Program-made: the position numbers and the translations under genes
Notes under the pieces: generated by a model
What the model was told of the DNA's origin: nothing
What the model saw: the letters and a program-made list of their open reading frames with translations, nothing else
The model's database searches: none
In this document: piece by piece, positions 63,592 through 64,000 of the stretch
How the letters are laid out: every line of letters starts with the position of its first letter
How positions within the stretch are numbered: position 1 is the stretch's first letter
Virus record (IMG/VR): IMGVR_UViG_3300047561_000672
Location: 2,635-66,634 of that record
Reading direction: 5' to 3' (one strand)
DNA: 64,000 nt
Source of the DNA: a virus
Lineage: Duplodnaviria > Caudoviricetes

Positions 63592-63840
63592 TTAGTCAAT
63601 TTGCGTTCCATTCAAAAGGAATGCAGTAATATCTTTCTCTGTGGCATTTGGGGCGTCTTCGACGATGATTGCATCATATAATTCGTTATACTTAACGAGA
63701 TTCATGATGTCTTCGTAGAGGCACTGCTTGGCCTGCTCTTGCATGGATTGGTCGTCATCGCGGACCACGTAATAAAGATCCAGCGTCACTTTTTGGTATT
63801 TTGTTGTCTTTTGTGTTTTCATTGTTGTTTGTGTTGTCAT
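63592..63840 (-). CDS. hypothetical early protein
   Basis: First ORF after the right-end promoter. Confidence 0.6.
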   Translation of the reverse strand: MTTQTTMKTQKTTKYQKVTLDLYYVVRDDDQSMQEQAKQCLYEDIMNLVKYNELYDAIIVEDAPNATEKDITAFLLNGTQID

Positions 63841-63849
63841 TACTCATGG

Positions 63850-63878
63850 AGAATAGAACCAAACGAAACAACGCACAA
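63850..63878 (-). promoter_or_regulatory. sigma70-like early promoter
   Basis: TTGTGC-N17-TATTCT on - strand, AT-rich upstream. Confidence 0.6.
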
Positions 63879-64000
63879 GTAAAATATTGCATGAAATAGA
63901 AAGTATTTATGTTGATGGGTATATGTAATTGGAAGCACTACAAAGAAGGGGAGGCGGGGTTGGCGGGACGCTACCAAGGACAGGGACAAGGGGAGGGGCG

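Noticed and set aside
1-64000. Genome-wide TAG stop-codon reassignment (several TAGs are followed by in-frame coding sequence at 4835, 6017, 11397, 61497)
   Set aside because: TerL, portal, MCP and the ~9-kb giant gene are uninterrupted in standard code, many genes end naturally at TAG, and no suppressor tRNA was seen
1-64000. Prophage, integrase/att sites, tRNA genes or DNA polymerase
   Set aside because: No recombinase motifs, host genes, tRNA cloverleaf or polymerase motifs recognised by eye; they may lie outside the window

Overview
The whole window is a tailed dsDNA bacteriophage (Caudoviricetes) genome segment in standard genetic code. It looks podovirus-like: no tape measure, sheath or major tail gene, but a block of ejection-type proteins. 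Layout: (1-7.7 kb, -) small accessory and nucleotide genes including a Mom-like DNA-modification protein, an SSB-like protein, dCMP deaminase and a Zn-finger PD-(D/E)XK endonuclease; (7.7-8.6 kb) a divergence point with densely base-paired non-coding DNA and phased A-tracts; (8.6-14.1 kb) exported proteins, a GT11 fucosyltransferase, HNH, DnaB and a divergent TerS; (14.1-31.7 kb, +) TerL, a fibre-like module whose proteins carry signal peptides, portal, scaffold, major capsid, lysis genes with a CHAP endolysin, and a metallophosphoesterase; (31.7-34.9 kb, -) an inverted tail-like module; (35-51.3 kb, +) recombination genes, small basic proteins, adaptor and internal virion proteins, and a 2985-aa polyvalent protein; (51.3-57.1 kb, -) six glycosyl-/methyltransferase genes plus DnaG; (57-64 kb, -) early genes including an HhH glycosylase, DUF932 and Gp88-like. 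I saw no DNA polymerase, integrase, tRNA, reverse transcriptase or CRISPR array. The most notable signals are (i) signal-peptide-bearing fibre-like proteins (one with an internal signal peptide) in a phage with about 9 glycan-modifying enzymes, suggesting an exported, possibly glycosylated surface/virion system, and (ii) a candidate large pseudoknotted ncRNA at 7.75-8.15 kb. All family assignments come from motif recognition by eye; no searches were run.
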